A DNA stretch of 62,595 nucleotides, filler included, from Pirum gemmata (GCA_002812295.1; 23 parts of 23 records of this genome joined end to end with filler, not necessarily neighbours in it); one strand, 5' to 3'. Shown: positions 11,590 to 24,837, counted from the first letter of the whole stretch. Numbers and translations: made by a program. The notes: generated by a model not told the origin, from the sequence alone.

Positions 11590-13390
11590 GGATAGAGGAA
11601 ACGAGAAACCCCTTCTTCCCTACAACATTTTATGGTTAGCAAGCATGGTGGAGGGGGTGGTAGGTGGCAGAGGAAATGAGAAACGAGGTTAGCATTTTTT
11701 TTGACTGACCTCGGTTTTTTTTGGGAAAAATGTGCTAGAGAGTTATCAATCAATGATGATTTTAATGAAAAAAACATTTGTTTCGGAAGTCAAGATTATG
11801 ACAAAAAAAAATTTAAGAATATCTATAATAATACCTTACTTTTTTATATAATATATTATGAAAACAAGAAGAAAAATACGAATAGTGATATTAACCAATT
11901 ATGTAAATTATTTAAGAATTTTTGAATCAGTGTAAAAAGAATATGTAAACTTTTTATGATTTTTTTATCAAAAAAATCGAATCTGAGGTCTTTTTTACCT
12001 CTGTCGATTCATTAATTTTTTTAGGGTTAGGGTTAGGGTTAGGGTTAGGAAAAAAAAAAAGATTTTACACGGTGACTATGTTGATAAACTTGTCAAAGAA
12101 CAAGAGGAAGTTACTGTTAAATTCAAAAATCTAAATTGTAATGATGTAGGTGAGATAACAGCAAAACTAAACAGTTTAGGTTTGATAAATTTCAAATTAA
12201 CTAGAAAAATTTACCAATACCAATCGAAAAGTGATGCAAAAGAAAAACACCTAAGTCCCAGTAAAGCGGTTTTTCTAAAGTTTTCTTTACAAGAAAACAG
12301 TATTGCAATGGTCCCAGTAAAGCGGTTTTTCTAAAGTTTTCTTTACAAGAAAACAGTATTGCAATGGTTAAGAAATTGGAAAATCTTAATGGAAAACTGT
12401 CAATTGAAATGACAAAAGATGACACAGAAGAAATAGAAGGAATTTTATTTTTTGATATATTCAACAAAAAAAAGTTCTGCTATGAGTGTAAACGGGTACA
12501 TTCTATGTACGACACTAAAAATTGTATCAAAGAATTCAATAATGAAGAACAAGAAAACAACGACGATTGTATCGAACAAAATCATAAGGAAAGTGAATGG
12601 CGCCAAGCAAAAGCTACCTATAAAGTCAACAATCAAGGTGTAGGTCTTAATAATCATATGTTTAAGTCTAAAAATATATTCAGTAGGCTGCAAGTTGAAG
12701 AGAGAGAAAATAGTAATCAATCAGATATGTTACCTGAGTTTCCCAGTTTTTCATACAAAAGATCCAAACAAATGGCAAGCCCAACCAATAGTCCAGAAAT
12801 TAAACAACAGTTAAAAAAAGTTTTGGATGAAGTGGAGAATGGTGAATTGTGCAAGGCAATCCTACAAGCAAATGTTGAAAGAAAGGAATTAGAATCAAAA
12901 GAAATCAATGGCAAAAAAAATGATGAGGAAAACAAAAACGGGAAACTAAGCATGAGTTTATCTGTTGTTGATAATAATGATTCAGAAAAGGCAAAAAGTA
13001 TTTCAACTCCGGTTAATGCCGATGATTTAATTGCTAAAAGTGATAGCAACTACGCTTTCTGCATTAAAGATCAATTAAACAAGAAAAATGGCTCAAATGT
13101 GAACAATTATGGCTGCCTCAATGAAGATACAAGTTGATCAATGGTTAGTCAAGATGGTAAGTTAAATGTCTAATTCAAATTCATATAGAATATCAACTTA
13201 CAATGTTAATGGCTTTAAGAGTAGTAATGCAAAACAAGAAGCCGTACTAAATTTTGTAAATAATTATAATTTTATAAATTTAATAGTGTTAAATGAAACA
13301 ATTTAGAAGAAAATCACTTAACAAATGAGTTAAGTAAAGATAAAAAAAAACAAAAAGGTCATGGTATAACAATTTTTAGTAATTGCGATA
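11590..13390 (+). mobile_element. Degenerate L1-like non-LTR retrotransposon: broken ORF1 (12364-13137) and start of ORF2 AP endonuclease (~13166-13390)
   Basis: ORF1 has a degenerate zinc knuckle CYECKRVH...C. It is followed by MSNSNSYRISTYNVNGF...IVLNET and, after a frameshift, KGHGITIF, typical APE-domain motifs. The 5' limit is approximate. Confidence 0.75.
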
Positions 13391-13391
13391 G

Positions 13392-13493
13392 ACCTTTTTT
13401 AGAGAATGGTGGTAAATTTAAAACAATTCCATGAGGCAGTATATCTTCAATTGTAAAACCTTTATCAGCCATAACGCCAGCACCATCCCACAA
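13392..13493 (-). mobile_element. ISL2EU/Harbinger-type (DDE_Tnp_4) transposase fragment
   Basis: Minus-strand translation LWDGAGVMADKGFTIEDILPHGIVLNLPPFSKKG contains the MAD(K/R)GF...LNxPPF motif; runs into the spacer. Confidence 0.75.
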
Positions 13494-13756
13494 NNNNNNN
13501 NNNNNNNNNNNNNNNNNNNNNNNNNNNNNNNNNNNNNTTAATTAATTAANNNNNNNNNNNNNNNNNNNNNNNNNNNNNNNNNNNNNNNNNNNNCTGTTGC
13601 TGCTGTTGCTGTTGTTGCTGTGGTGGTGTTGTTGCTGTTGGTGCTGGTGCGAGTGCTGATAGTGTGGGTTCTGATGGTGTTTGTGATGATGGTGTGGGGG
13701 TTAATGGTGGTGGTGGTGTGGATGCTGATGCAGGTGTGTTGCGTTGTTTTTGTAAC

Positions 13757-13792
<36 letters not shown>

Positions 13793-13979
13793 CGTTTGTT
13801 GATGTTGGTCATCGTGACTTCGTTGTAGTTGTGTGTTCTTTCTGTGTTGCGTTGTGAGCGTCGACCTCCCCTAACCCGTGTATAGAAATAGTGGTAGGTA
13901 TGGGTTGTTGTAATATGGATTGTTATAGTGATGTCGTGTATGTAGTGGTTGTGTTTGTGGTTTGTGGTGGTGTTGTTGC

Positions 13980-14037
<58 letters not shown>

Positions 14038-14998
14038 GCTGTGGTTGGTTTTGTTGTTGTTGTGGTTGCAGGTATATTTGTGTCATGCGTTGCCAATGTT
14101 GTATGTGTTGTTGATGTAGTTGTTGCAATTGCTTTTGTAATGTGTTTCTGCCGTTCTTTGTGTATGTCATCGGGTAGAGTGTTGGAAATATGACTACCGA
14201 TCTTGATCTTATCATTTGTTTTGTCTTGAGGTTGAGTAGTAGATATTCGTCGTTAGTGGAGTCTAGTGGTGTGCCCATTATGATGCATTCGATTGCTCGA
14301 TCATTTGACTTAGGTTTTTTGTCACGAGGATCATGAGCCAATGCGCTGCAGCCTAATGGTCTATATGTATCAATTCTTCTGTGACGTAAGCCCCATTTTT
14401 CGTTACTAATTATGTTATACTTTGTTGTTGGTATGTTTTTCAGAATAAAGATTGCGTCGTCCATTGCGAACGACCATAATGTTTTGGGTAAACCTGAGTT
14501 CTGTAGTAGACATCTGGTTATGTCACCAATTGTTTAACCTGTTCGCTCGCATAGCATCATTTCTGGAGTATTATTGGGTACCGTTCGTAGCTCTACTCTG
14601 ATGTTGCGGAGTCCTGATCTCATGGTGTTGTTATATAATTATGTGCCTTGGTCAACTATTACTTGCTGTATGGGTACTGGTGCTTGGGTTGGTGATGCGT
14701 ATGTTGGTTATGACTTTGTTGTGATCGGTTAGGAAGTTGATTATGTTGTTTGTTATGGTTTTTTTGTTCGTGTGATACAGTTTACATTTTTTTCTGGTGA
14801 GGGAGTCGATGATGAATGATATGTATTTATATTTTTGCGGTTGTGATACTATATCCCAGGTGTATGTATCAATATATACTACTTGTCCTCGGGATTGCGT
14901 CGTCCATTGCGAACGGCCATGATGTTTTCGGTAAACCTGAGTTCTGTAGTAGAGTCTACATCTGGTTATGTAACCAATTGTTTGACCTGTTCGCTCGC

Positions 14999-15385
14999 TA
15001 ATAGATTATCTCATTTCTCATTTTTACGTATGTTGGAAAATGGATCACTGAGTGGGAATCGAACCCACGACCAACTCTCTCCGGGAGTTTGCTCTTGACC
15101 ACTGAGCTATCAGGTAATCCATTTTCCCACGTATTTTCGTTTTTTCTTGTAGCATATTCTATTACAACACCATATCCATCTAGGCCTCTTCTCTAGGCCT
15201 AGCTGGTTCAGGGAAGTGTCGGGGACAAGGTGGGCAGAGTCATGGTCCTGATAACGTAATAGATTATCTCATTTCTCATTTTTACGTGTGTTGGAAAATG
15301 GATCACTGAGCGGGAATCGAACCCACGACCAACTCTCTCCAAGAGGGGTTTTTTTTTTTTAAAAAAACTAATCAGTATTCTATTA
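14999..15385 (-). mobile_element. TRIM (miniature non-autonomous LTR element) with a tRNA-like cassette in its LTRs
   Basis: TSD CTCGC at 14994-14998 and 15386-15390; empty site at 14546-14550; LTR-like units 14999-15164 and 15257-15385 each bounded by TAATAGA...TCTATTA; 92-bp internal region starting CGTTATCAGGACCATG on the minus strand. Confidence 0.85.
15043..15121 (-). ncRNA. tRNA-like cloverleaf with Pol III A and B boxes embedded in the TRIM LTR
   Basis: Minus strand GGATTACCTGA-TAGCTCAGTGGTCAAGAGC-A-AACTC-CCGGAGA-GAGTT-GGTC-GTGGGTTCGATTCCCAC-TCAGTGATCC; C instead of U33, bulged and extended acceptor stem. Confidence 0.75.
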
Positions 15386-18300
15386 CTCGCATAGCATCAT
15401 TTCGGGAGTATTCTTGGGTACCGTTCGTAGCTCTACTCTGATGTTGCGGAGTCCTTATCTCATGGTGTTATATAATTCTGTGCCTTGGTCAACTATTACT
15501 TGCTCTTGTAGGTTGGTGATGCGTATGTTGGTTATGACTTTGTTGTGATCGGTTAGGAAGTTGGTTATGTTGTTTGTTATGGTTTTTTTGTTCGTGTGAT
15601 ACAGTTTATATTTTTTTCTGGTGCGGGAGTGGATGATGATTGATATGTATTTGTATTTTTGCGGTTGTAATACTATATCCCAGGTGTATGTATCAGTATA
15701 TACTACTTGTCCTCGGTGGTGTTGTTGTCGTGTGTGGCATACTGATTTGACTGGTTTCTTCTTCATTTTTGTTTGTGCACANGGAAAAGTGAGGTAATGT
15801 TTTGTTTTTTTTTTCTTTTTTTTTTTAGCCATTGTTTTTTAATTTTACTATTATATTACAGTACTAGATAAATATCATACTACACATATGCTTTGTGCTA
15901 GTATTTGTATTAGTGTCGTATTAGCATTAGCATTAGTATAGTCCTAGTCCGTGTTTTTTTTTTTCTTTTCTTTTGCCATTGTTTTTTAATTTTACTATTA
16001 TATTATAGTACTAGATATATATCATACTACACATATGCTTTGTGCTAGTATTTGTATTATTGTCAGTATTAGTATTAGCATTGGTATACTAGTCCAGTTT
16101 TTACTATTAGAACTATTAGACATTATTATTTTATTGTCGATGATGATAACAAGGTATATTTAATGGCCATTTATTTTATTAATGGATTTCGGCATTTGTT
16201 TTTCTATTAGCTTTGGGTCTGTGCTAGTTCTAACTAATAAGTTCTTATTCAAAACACCTACTTATTTATATTTACATCAAGTTATTGCAGTTACTTTTTT
16301 GTATACTGGCGTTATTACTAATCTAACTATTTTCTTTTTTCTTTTTACCCTAACCCTAACCCTAACCCTATTTTTCTTCGTCTACTAACTGAAGTCATTT
16401 AAAAATCGATTCTTAGTAAAAATGCATTAACTAGTATTGATGACTTATTCATTAAATCAACCTCAAAAGCTAGTAATAAAAAAAATTTTAAAAACATTAT
16501 TTATGCTAATCTAGCAGTCATACTCCAACTAGTTAACCCCAACTAATTTATATTTTTATATTTTTAAAGATCTGTATTTGTGATAAGCTTTTTGGGAAAC
16601 TGGGTCGTCAATCTCCCTTTATCTTACTATTTTGGCTTTAAGCTTAAGCAGGGTGTACATGCTATTTGGTACTTTTTACTTTTAAATATTAACTATTAAC
16701 AAAAAAGAAAATAAAATAAAATATTAAGAAAATTTCACTTAACTTTTGTAATATGTTATTTTTATTAACTGGTAATTCTGTTAAAATTCGAATTCTCTTA
16801 TCCCAAGTTTTTGACACGTTTTATAATGAAAGATATAATTTTACAGTTTATTCTGCTGCCCTTCTTAGCAAAGTTGCTCTTCTTTTTTTTTACCATCATA
16901 GTTTCCTTTCCTTATCAAATGTGTAACAATTATCAAAAATTCACAGGTATGCTGTATGCGCTATGGAAGCTTTTAAATTGATATGTTTCTTGATGATTTT
17001 GTTCTTATCTGATTTTGAAAAGATCTCCGAAAAAATTCATAAGCAAATGACAAATTCTAATGAATCTGAAGCATCCCAAGATGAAAATGATTTTTATATT
17101 AACAGAGTATACCAACAACACTCAGTGGACTACTAAAATTTGATATCAATTTACTTGACTTGATCATAATTGCGTTTTGTTTTCTGAGTTTTCTAAGTTT
17201 GTAATTCATGTACATGACTGTCGGGAATGAAAACCAGACAATAATGTTCTGAGGTTTATCCAGCTACTTTGATAAGCGATACACTTTGGTGAAGGAATCC
17301 CTCACTCTATCTACCTTACCCGCTCTATCTGTTGAGTAACATGACGTAATACCAGCATGTATAACCCTTGGTGAAGAAATATCTCACTCTATTTGTTGAA
17401 CAATGAGTAATACCAATATATGTAGTTATTTTAAAAAAAATTAACATTATATGATCCAAGGCCGATTTTGACTTATATTTGGGTGCATATTAAAAGTGGG
17501 TGGGTGCGGGTTTTCAAGAAGTGGTGTTTTTGGTACGTTCGAAAGCTTCTACGAGACTACAGACGTTTTAACTCGACGTAGTAATATTTTGATTAATAAT
17601 AGAGTTATTATATAACACCAAATTATATTAAAAAGCCACAATAGCATTATCTGTAATAGTAAAAAGTTGACATGAAATAGTCTACTAAAAAGTTGTAATT
17701 AAGAAATAAAATTATAACGTACTAATTAATATTTTATGAAAACTCTACTTCTTGCCTTTTACATGCATGACTTTTACGTGACCTTTTTATCATTTTTTTG
17801 TTCATCGCGAAAAAAAATGAACAATATTGGCCAATGCAGAGTAATATTTTTTTTAAAAAAAAAAATATAGGATAAGAGAGACATGAAATACGTCATTATT
17901 TGGGTTTATTTTTTTGATCGTTACTGAAAACGTTTACGCTGAAAATGTTTGGTGTTATATAATATTATAAAGCCACAAGAGTATTAACTGTAATGGTAAA
18001 AAGTTGACATGAAATAGTCTATTAAAAAGTTGTAATTAAGAAATAAAATTATAACTAATTAACATTTTATGAAAACTCTACTTTTTTTTTTTTGCCTTTT
18101 ACATGACTTTTACGTGACTTTTTTTTNNNNNNNNNNNNNNNNNNNNNNNNNNNNNNNNNNNNNNNNNNNNTTAATTAATTAANNNNNNNNNNNNNNNNNN
18201 NNNNNNNNNNNNNNNNNNNNNNNNNNTTTTTTGCTGTTTCTTGTTTTTTGTTTTTTGCCAAAACTTTCTGCCTATTTATATGTTTCTGTAGCTAGTAGCT

Positions 18301-19496
18301 ACAGCAGCTATCCAATAAAAAGAGTCGGTGATAAAATTCATAAATTTTTATTTTATTTTATTTTATTTTGTAAACAAATTTACATATTATAAAAAAAAAA
18401 AAAAACTGTGGTGCCCAGCGCCCACCCGTGTTACCGTATACCCGCCCTCAGTCCACCCTCTTCATTAGTAAGAATTGCTGTGTCTTCCTAGTAATGTTGT
18501 TATTTTATTGTTATAAAATTATTATTATTATTATTATTTTAAAATATTATTAATGATCTGATTCATTTCCACACAATATGATACTGTTATATAATATTGC
18601 TCGCTGGCAATCTATCGATAACCCTAATCCTAACCCTAACCCTATTTCCCCCCCTAACCCTAACACTCCCTAACCCTAACTACCAATATCGATATATAAA
18701 TAATGGTCTACTATCATTTTCAACTAGCTTATAAATTAACCAATACCAAAAAATAACTGTTAAATTTTCTTACTAACGTAGGTAAGAAAAGGTTCATGTA
18801 ATGCATTAATTAACATCATAAATTATTATAATATTATATATGTCACTTTTTGCGACAAATGTGACAAAATGTGCGAATACTGGCACCTCTTATAGAAAAA
18901 AATTGAAATCTGATGTTGCACACAGTACACTTGTTGTACCCTTTTGTTTTATCTGGACTGGATTACAAATATTTTTACACATGTGTGTGTTTTATTTACT
19001 AGTAATAAATATGATAATGCCATGATGTTATGTTCATAATGACAATGTTTTAAACGGAAAGGAGGAGGTTGACAATGATATATAGATCAAAATTAACAAG
19101 TCTGTCATGGAAGTAAGTAAGATAAAAGAAAGCTTTTATGATGTGATATAGGAAGGACGGATAGGAGGGTTGACATAATATTATCTAATTGACTACCCCT
19201 ACTAAAGGTAACGGGTCATTTGGTTATTTTGGTTTTGTATCTGTCAAAATAATAATAATAATAGTATTATATAATAATATTAATAATAATAAAGACTTCG
19301 TACCATCTTCAATGACCATCTTCGTGCCATCGAAAGTTGACTGGGTTCATCAAAGATCAAGAGTCAAGGAAGGAGTTCAAGAAAAAAAAACCAAAAAAAA
19401 GTTTTTTTCTTGAACTCCTCGCAAGAAAGAGTCAAGGAAGGAGTTCAAGAAAAAAAACCAAAAAAAAAGTTTTTTTCTTGAACTCCTCGCAAGAGT

Positions 19497-19575
<79 letters not shown>

Positions 19576-19820
19576 CAAAAAAATTGAAAAAAAAAGTGAA
19601 AATTATTATTATCCAAAATTCAGAATTTCAGGTATAAAATACAGACTTTTGAGGAGGAAATTATAATTAAATAAAAATAAAAATAAAAATAAAAATGCAA
19701 ACTAGACAATATAAATATTCAACAATTTCCTCGCAATATTCAAGACTACCCTCCCGGAGTCCTCCCGGCTACCGCTACGTTACACTTAGGCAATGGACAC
19801 TCTTGCGAGCACAACCACCA

Positions 19821-20319
19821 CTACCATGCTATCGTCACAGCTGGACAAGCCTTCTGGAACAACACAGCTCGTTTTTGTAGACGGGTTAGGGTTAGGGTTA
19901 GGGTTAGGGTTAGGGTTAGGGTTAGGGTTAGGGTTAGGGTTAGGGCAAAACCAAAGCGATTAAGAACGGAAGACACGCCAGTAATAATAGACAGTTAGTT
20001 ATCCGTTACACTTTAGCTAAATTTCTACCACCACAACTACAATCACCAGATAGACAATGAGTAGCATTAACATATTTCATAATAGTATTATTGATATCAA
20101 GTGGTAGAAATTTAGCTAAAGTGTAACGAATAACTAACTGTCTATTATTACCGAACAAATCCTTGCTTTGACTTGATGTAGTCCCAGCAGTTTCTGGCGT
20201 GTCTTCCGTTCTTAATCGCTTTGGTTTTGATGACTGTGTTGGCACATCCTGGGATTCGTCGACAAAAACGAGCAGTGTTGTTCCAGAAGGCTTGTCCAGC
20301 TGTGACGATAGCATGGTAG
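19821..20319. repeat. Imperfect inverted duplication; one arm interrupted by about ten GGGTTA units
   Basis: 19821-19883, 19946-19981 and 19981-20031 are near reverse complements of 20257-20319, 20193-20229 and ~20100-20151. Confidence 0.9.
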
Positions 20320-21504
20320 TTATCGATATCGTGCTTTTCATTTAGTTTGTCACTCTTAATATTTATTTGGAGGGTTATAATCCTTAAATTGGCATTTTTA
20401 AATCAATACATAGATAATAAAATATACAAATTAAATCAAATGGATTTAAATTGTAGTAATTTGGTATTATTTATTTTATATTTTATGATGACAAAACAAC
20501 TGAAAAGCACTCTAGGAAAAGCACTACTCTAGACCCCCCGGTCTATACTAAAAAATAAAATTAATAAACCAAAGTCTTTTATAGCCTATCAGAGGTATTC
20601 GAACGTAATTCAAAGTNNNNNNNNNNNNNNNNNNNNNNNNNNNNNNNNNNNNNNNNNNNNTTAATTAATTAANNNNNNNNNNNNNNNNNNNNNNNNNNNN
20701 NNNNNNNNNNNNNNNNTTTATAACGTGCTTTTCATTTATTTTGTCACTCTGAATATTTATTTGGAGGGTTATAATCTTTAAATTGACATTTTTAAATCGA
20801 TACATAGATAATAAAATATACCAAATTAAATTAAATGGATTTATATTGTATTAATTTGGTGCTATATATTGTTTATTTTATGATGACAAAAACAACTGAA
20901 AAGCACTAGACTATAGACTATAATGATAGACTAGCTAGAGTCACTAGACCGGGTCTATATCTATACCATATTATCATAAATATCGTGCATAAAATATACA
21001 ATAAAGATTACCAAATTAATACAATATAAATCCATTTCATTTAATTTGGTATTATTTTATTATAAATTTATTCATTTAACAATGTCAATTAAAAAACTAT
21101 AACCAACCAAATAAATATTCGGAATGACAAAATAAATTATAGTTGTTGGAACTGTTGTTGGTTAAAATTATTTCTTGTAGTCTAAGTCAGCTGGAAGCCA
21201 CACGCTACGTAGCCTACGTAGACTAACGCCAATTTCCGGTCAAGTACAGCTTCAAATACCCCCTACCTACCTACCCCTCGACGTTAATTTCTGGTCAAAT
21301 AGACTAGGTACTTAGAGACTACCGATATCAGTATCATATCGATATCCAATGATAAAACAAGAATTTACAGCTTTTGAATGGTTGAAATTGACTTGAAATT
21401 GGCTCTGATATCAACATTCCAATCTATCTTAATTAAAATAAAATAAAAAAAAATAAAATAAAGTAATTTCTTTTTATGGAAAAAAGATACTGACTACTAC
21501 TTAG

Positions 21505-21555
<51 letters not shown>

Positions 21556-21785
21556 CACGGCTACTATTAATACTACTACTACTACTACTGCTACCACCCA
21601 CCACTACTACTACTAGTACTACTAGGCTAGTACTACTACTACTGCTACTACTACTACTACTACTATTATTACTACCACTACTACTACTATTACTACTATT
21701 ACTACTACCACTACTACCACTACTACTACTACCACTACCACCACCACCACTACTACTATTACTACTACTACGTATACGACTACTG

Positions 21786-21818
<33 letters not shown>

Positions 21819-23206
21819 TTTCTACTACTACGACTACTACTACTACTACTACTATTTCTACTACTACGACTACTACTACTACTACTAATACTAATACTAC
21901 TACTACTACTACTAACCCTAACTAATACTATTACTGCTACTACTACTACTATTAATAGCAATACCTAGTAGTACCTACAAGCAGTGTTATTAAAAACTAG
22001 ACACGCCTTCGTACGGGTTAGAGAGTTAGAAGTGTTAGAGTTAGGGTAGTTAGGGTTGGGGTTGGGAGACTGGGTTAGGGTTGGAGATTATATTTTAGGT
22101 GATTTGAGATGATTAGAAAAAAAAAACATGTATCTGATAAACTGCCGCCAGTGCACTGTACACTATGATTTATGTTATAAAACTTTTGCTTTTTTAAATA
22201 TTAGAAATTATCTGAATTTGATTTCAAAAAAAAAAAAAAAACTTTTGTGATTGCTTATTGTCAAATCAAAATAAAATAAATTACATTATTATTACTGATA
22301 ATTATTATAGGGATATTTATATAATAATATTATATAGACTAGTGTTTTCCAGTTGTTTTGGCATCATAGAATATACAATAAAAAGTACGAAATTAATATA
22401 ATATAAATCAATTTTATTTAATTTGGTATATTTTATTAGCTATTTATTTATTTAAAAAATGTCAATTAAAAGGTTATAATCTACCAAATAAATATTCAGA
22501 ATGACAAAATAAATGAAAAGCACAATAACATATTGTCATAAAGTTGTCTTTTGTGATAATATTTACATATTTGCTTACTTCATTATCTTTGCCACCTGTA
22601 TGAGAAATAGAAATGTTAGAATTTATTTCTTTAGCTAATAAACATATATCACTATTATTACCAGTATTAATACCTTCTATTATTAATAATTTACTAGACT
22701 TTTTTCGCTGCTATTAATTAAAACATATAGCAAGACAATCTTTTTCATCCAAAACTACATCGTGCTTTTAAAAATTTCAGTTGTTTTGTCTTCATAAAAT
22801 ATACAAAAAAAGAGTGCCAAAGTAATACAATATATAAATCCATTTCATTTAATTAATTTCGTATTACATATTTATTTATTTAAAAGTATCAATTTAAATA
22901 TTATTATATTATAAACAACCAAATAAATATTTGGAGTGACAAAATCATAAATGAAAAGCACACTATATAATATCACATTTACATGATAAAACTATTCAAA
23001 AAATTGTAAATGACCCAGAAAATAGAAGTATTTTTATATATTATATTATATTAATATATAATTATATATTATGTATGTATTAAGTATGATAACGATAAGG
23101 ATATTANNNNNNNNNNNNNNNNNNNNNNNNNNNNNNNNNNNNNNNNNNNNTTAATTAATTAANNNNNNNNNNNNNNNNNNNNNNNNNNNNNNNNNNNNNN
23201 NNNNNN

Positions 23207-23900
23207 ATTAACAATGTCCACCTAATTGTCTTTTATTGCCATTTACTACTAAATTCTATATAAACCTAGCTTTCCGCGATTTTCCTCACCTATTCACTCA
23301 TGAATTCGGTATTCACAATTATTGCTATGCATGATGACGATATTGTTATTACACCCCATTAATTCTATAATTTAACCTTGACTTTTCACTCTTTTGCCAT
23401 TACCAGAACTAAATAATATCACAACAATATTCATATCTTAAGCAATTTGCATGTTACTACAAGAAAAATTTTCACAATCTATTGAATTTTGGCCACTATT
23501 GCACCTCTCCAGTTACTTTGTTCTCTTTAGATAAGCTTTTACCACTAGTTCTTCACAACCTTATAGCTTTCCTTCTAATCATGAACCATAACTTTATATG
23601 CTTAAACCACATTCATTACCGTCATTATCTCACCATAATGATCTCTTAACACTATATAGAACTAAATTCTATCTCAAACCACATAACTAAGCATTATAAC
23701 GTCTCATATAAGCCAGCTACGTCCTATGGAGCCCTCCAGTCTACCTCATGCTGTTTTGTATAGCACAACCAACAACGAATGCTTTCGTAATCCTCTTGAT
23801 ATTCTCGCATTTGTTTTCATTCACATCCTACTTATCTGTACATAATCGCTTTCTCTTTGCCCTGCTCCTCCACCAATTTGTCCCATCATTTTACTTAATG
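23207..23900 (+). pseudogene. Highly degenerate LINE reverse transcriptase fragment
   Basis: Frameshifted remnants resembling PxxxLxPLLLNFYIN and CYA-DD (~23220-23345). Confidence 0.45.
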
Positions 23901-24805
23901 ATATTATATCGAAAAAAGAGAACTATATGTATTTTTGTGTTTTATGAATTTATACTTTTTATTTACAACATTTTAGACTTTTATAAATTTATGCTCTTCT
24001 TTTCATACACACATAAGCTTTACACTCTGCTTATATACCTTTGTGAAAACTAACTATTACATAATCCACAATTTTCTGGAACATTCTAAATAATCATTTA
24101 CAAATACAAATTATTATTACATAATCAATTTGTATAATACCAAACAATAAAATCATACACTTAAACTTAATTCAATCATAGCTAAACAAATAAGCTCGAC
24201 ATAAAATAATAGTTTCGAGAATAAATGTATATCCAATCGACCAATCATATTGCCACGCGGTCAGCCCATTGAGATTTCACCACAGGCAGACCATGAAGGC
24301 TCGGATTCGAACTAGTCTACATACATTTATATTATAATATATTATAGTGCTTTTCAGTTGTTTTGTCATTATAAAGTATAAAATAAATAGTTCCAAATCA
24401 ATGTAATATAAATCCATTTAATCTAATTCGGTATATTTTGTTATCTGTATATTGATTTAAAATTGTCGATTTAAAGATTGTAACCCTCCAAATAAATCAA
24501 ATAAATATTCGGAGTGATAAAATAAATGAAATGCACGATAATATAATTTTAAGTCGTTTTGTCATCATAAAATATACAATAAAGAGTACCAAATTTTATT
24601 TAATTTGATATATTTTATAATCTAATTATTAATTTAAAAATATTAATATATTAAATATTATATAATATTTTAATTATAATGTTTGTGGAGTGACAAAATA
24701 AATGATTATCATTATTATTATCATTATTATTATCACTAATATATTATTATTATCATTATTACTATTATTATTATTATCATTATTATTATCATTATTATTA
24801 TCATT

Positions 24806-24837
<32 letters not shown>

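Larger units (their letters stand above)
13594..15781 (-). mobile_element. Ty1/copia retrotransposon remnant (integrase core, SH3-like region, Q-rich linker) with a tandem internal duplication
   Basis: VIVDQGTEL, TPEMMLCERTG, SGLPKTLWSFAMDDA, RPLGCSALAH...KSNDRAIECIIMG; unit 14450-14892 is repeated from 14893. Confidence 0.85.

Noticed and set aside
15043..15121. Functional tRNA-Ser(GGA)
   Set aside because: No U33, no long variable arm, bulged acceptor stem, and it lies inside a TSD-flanked element
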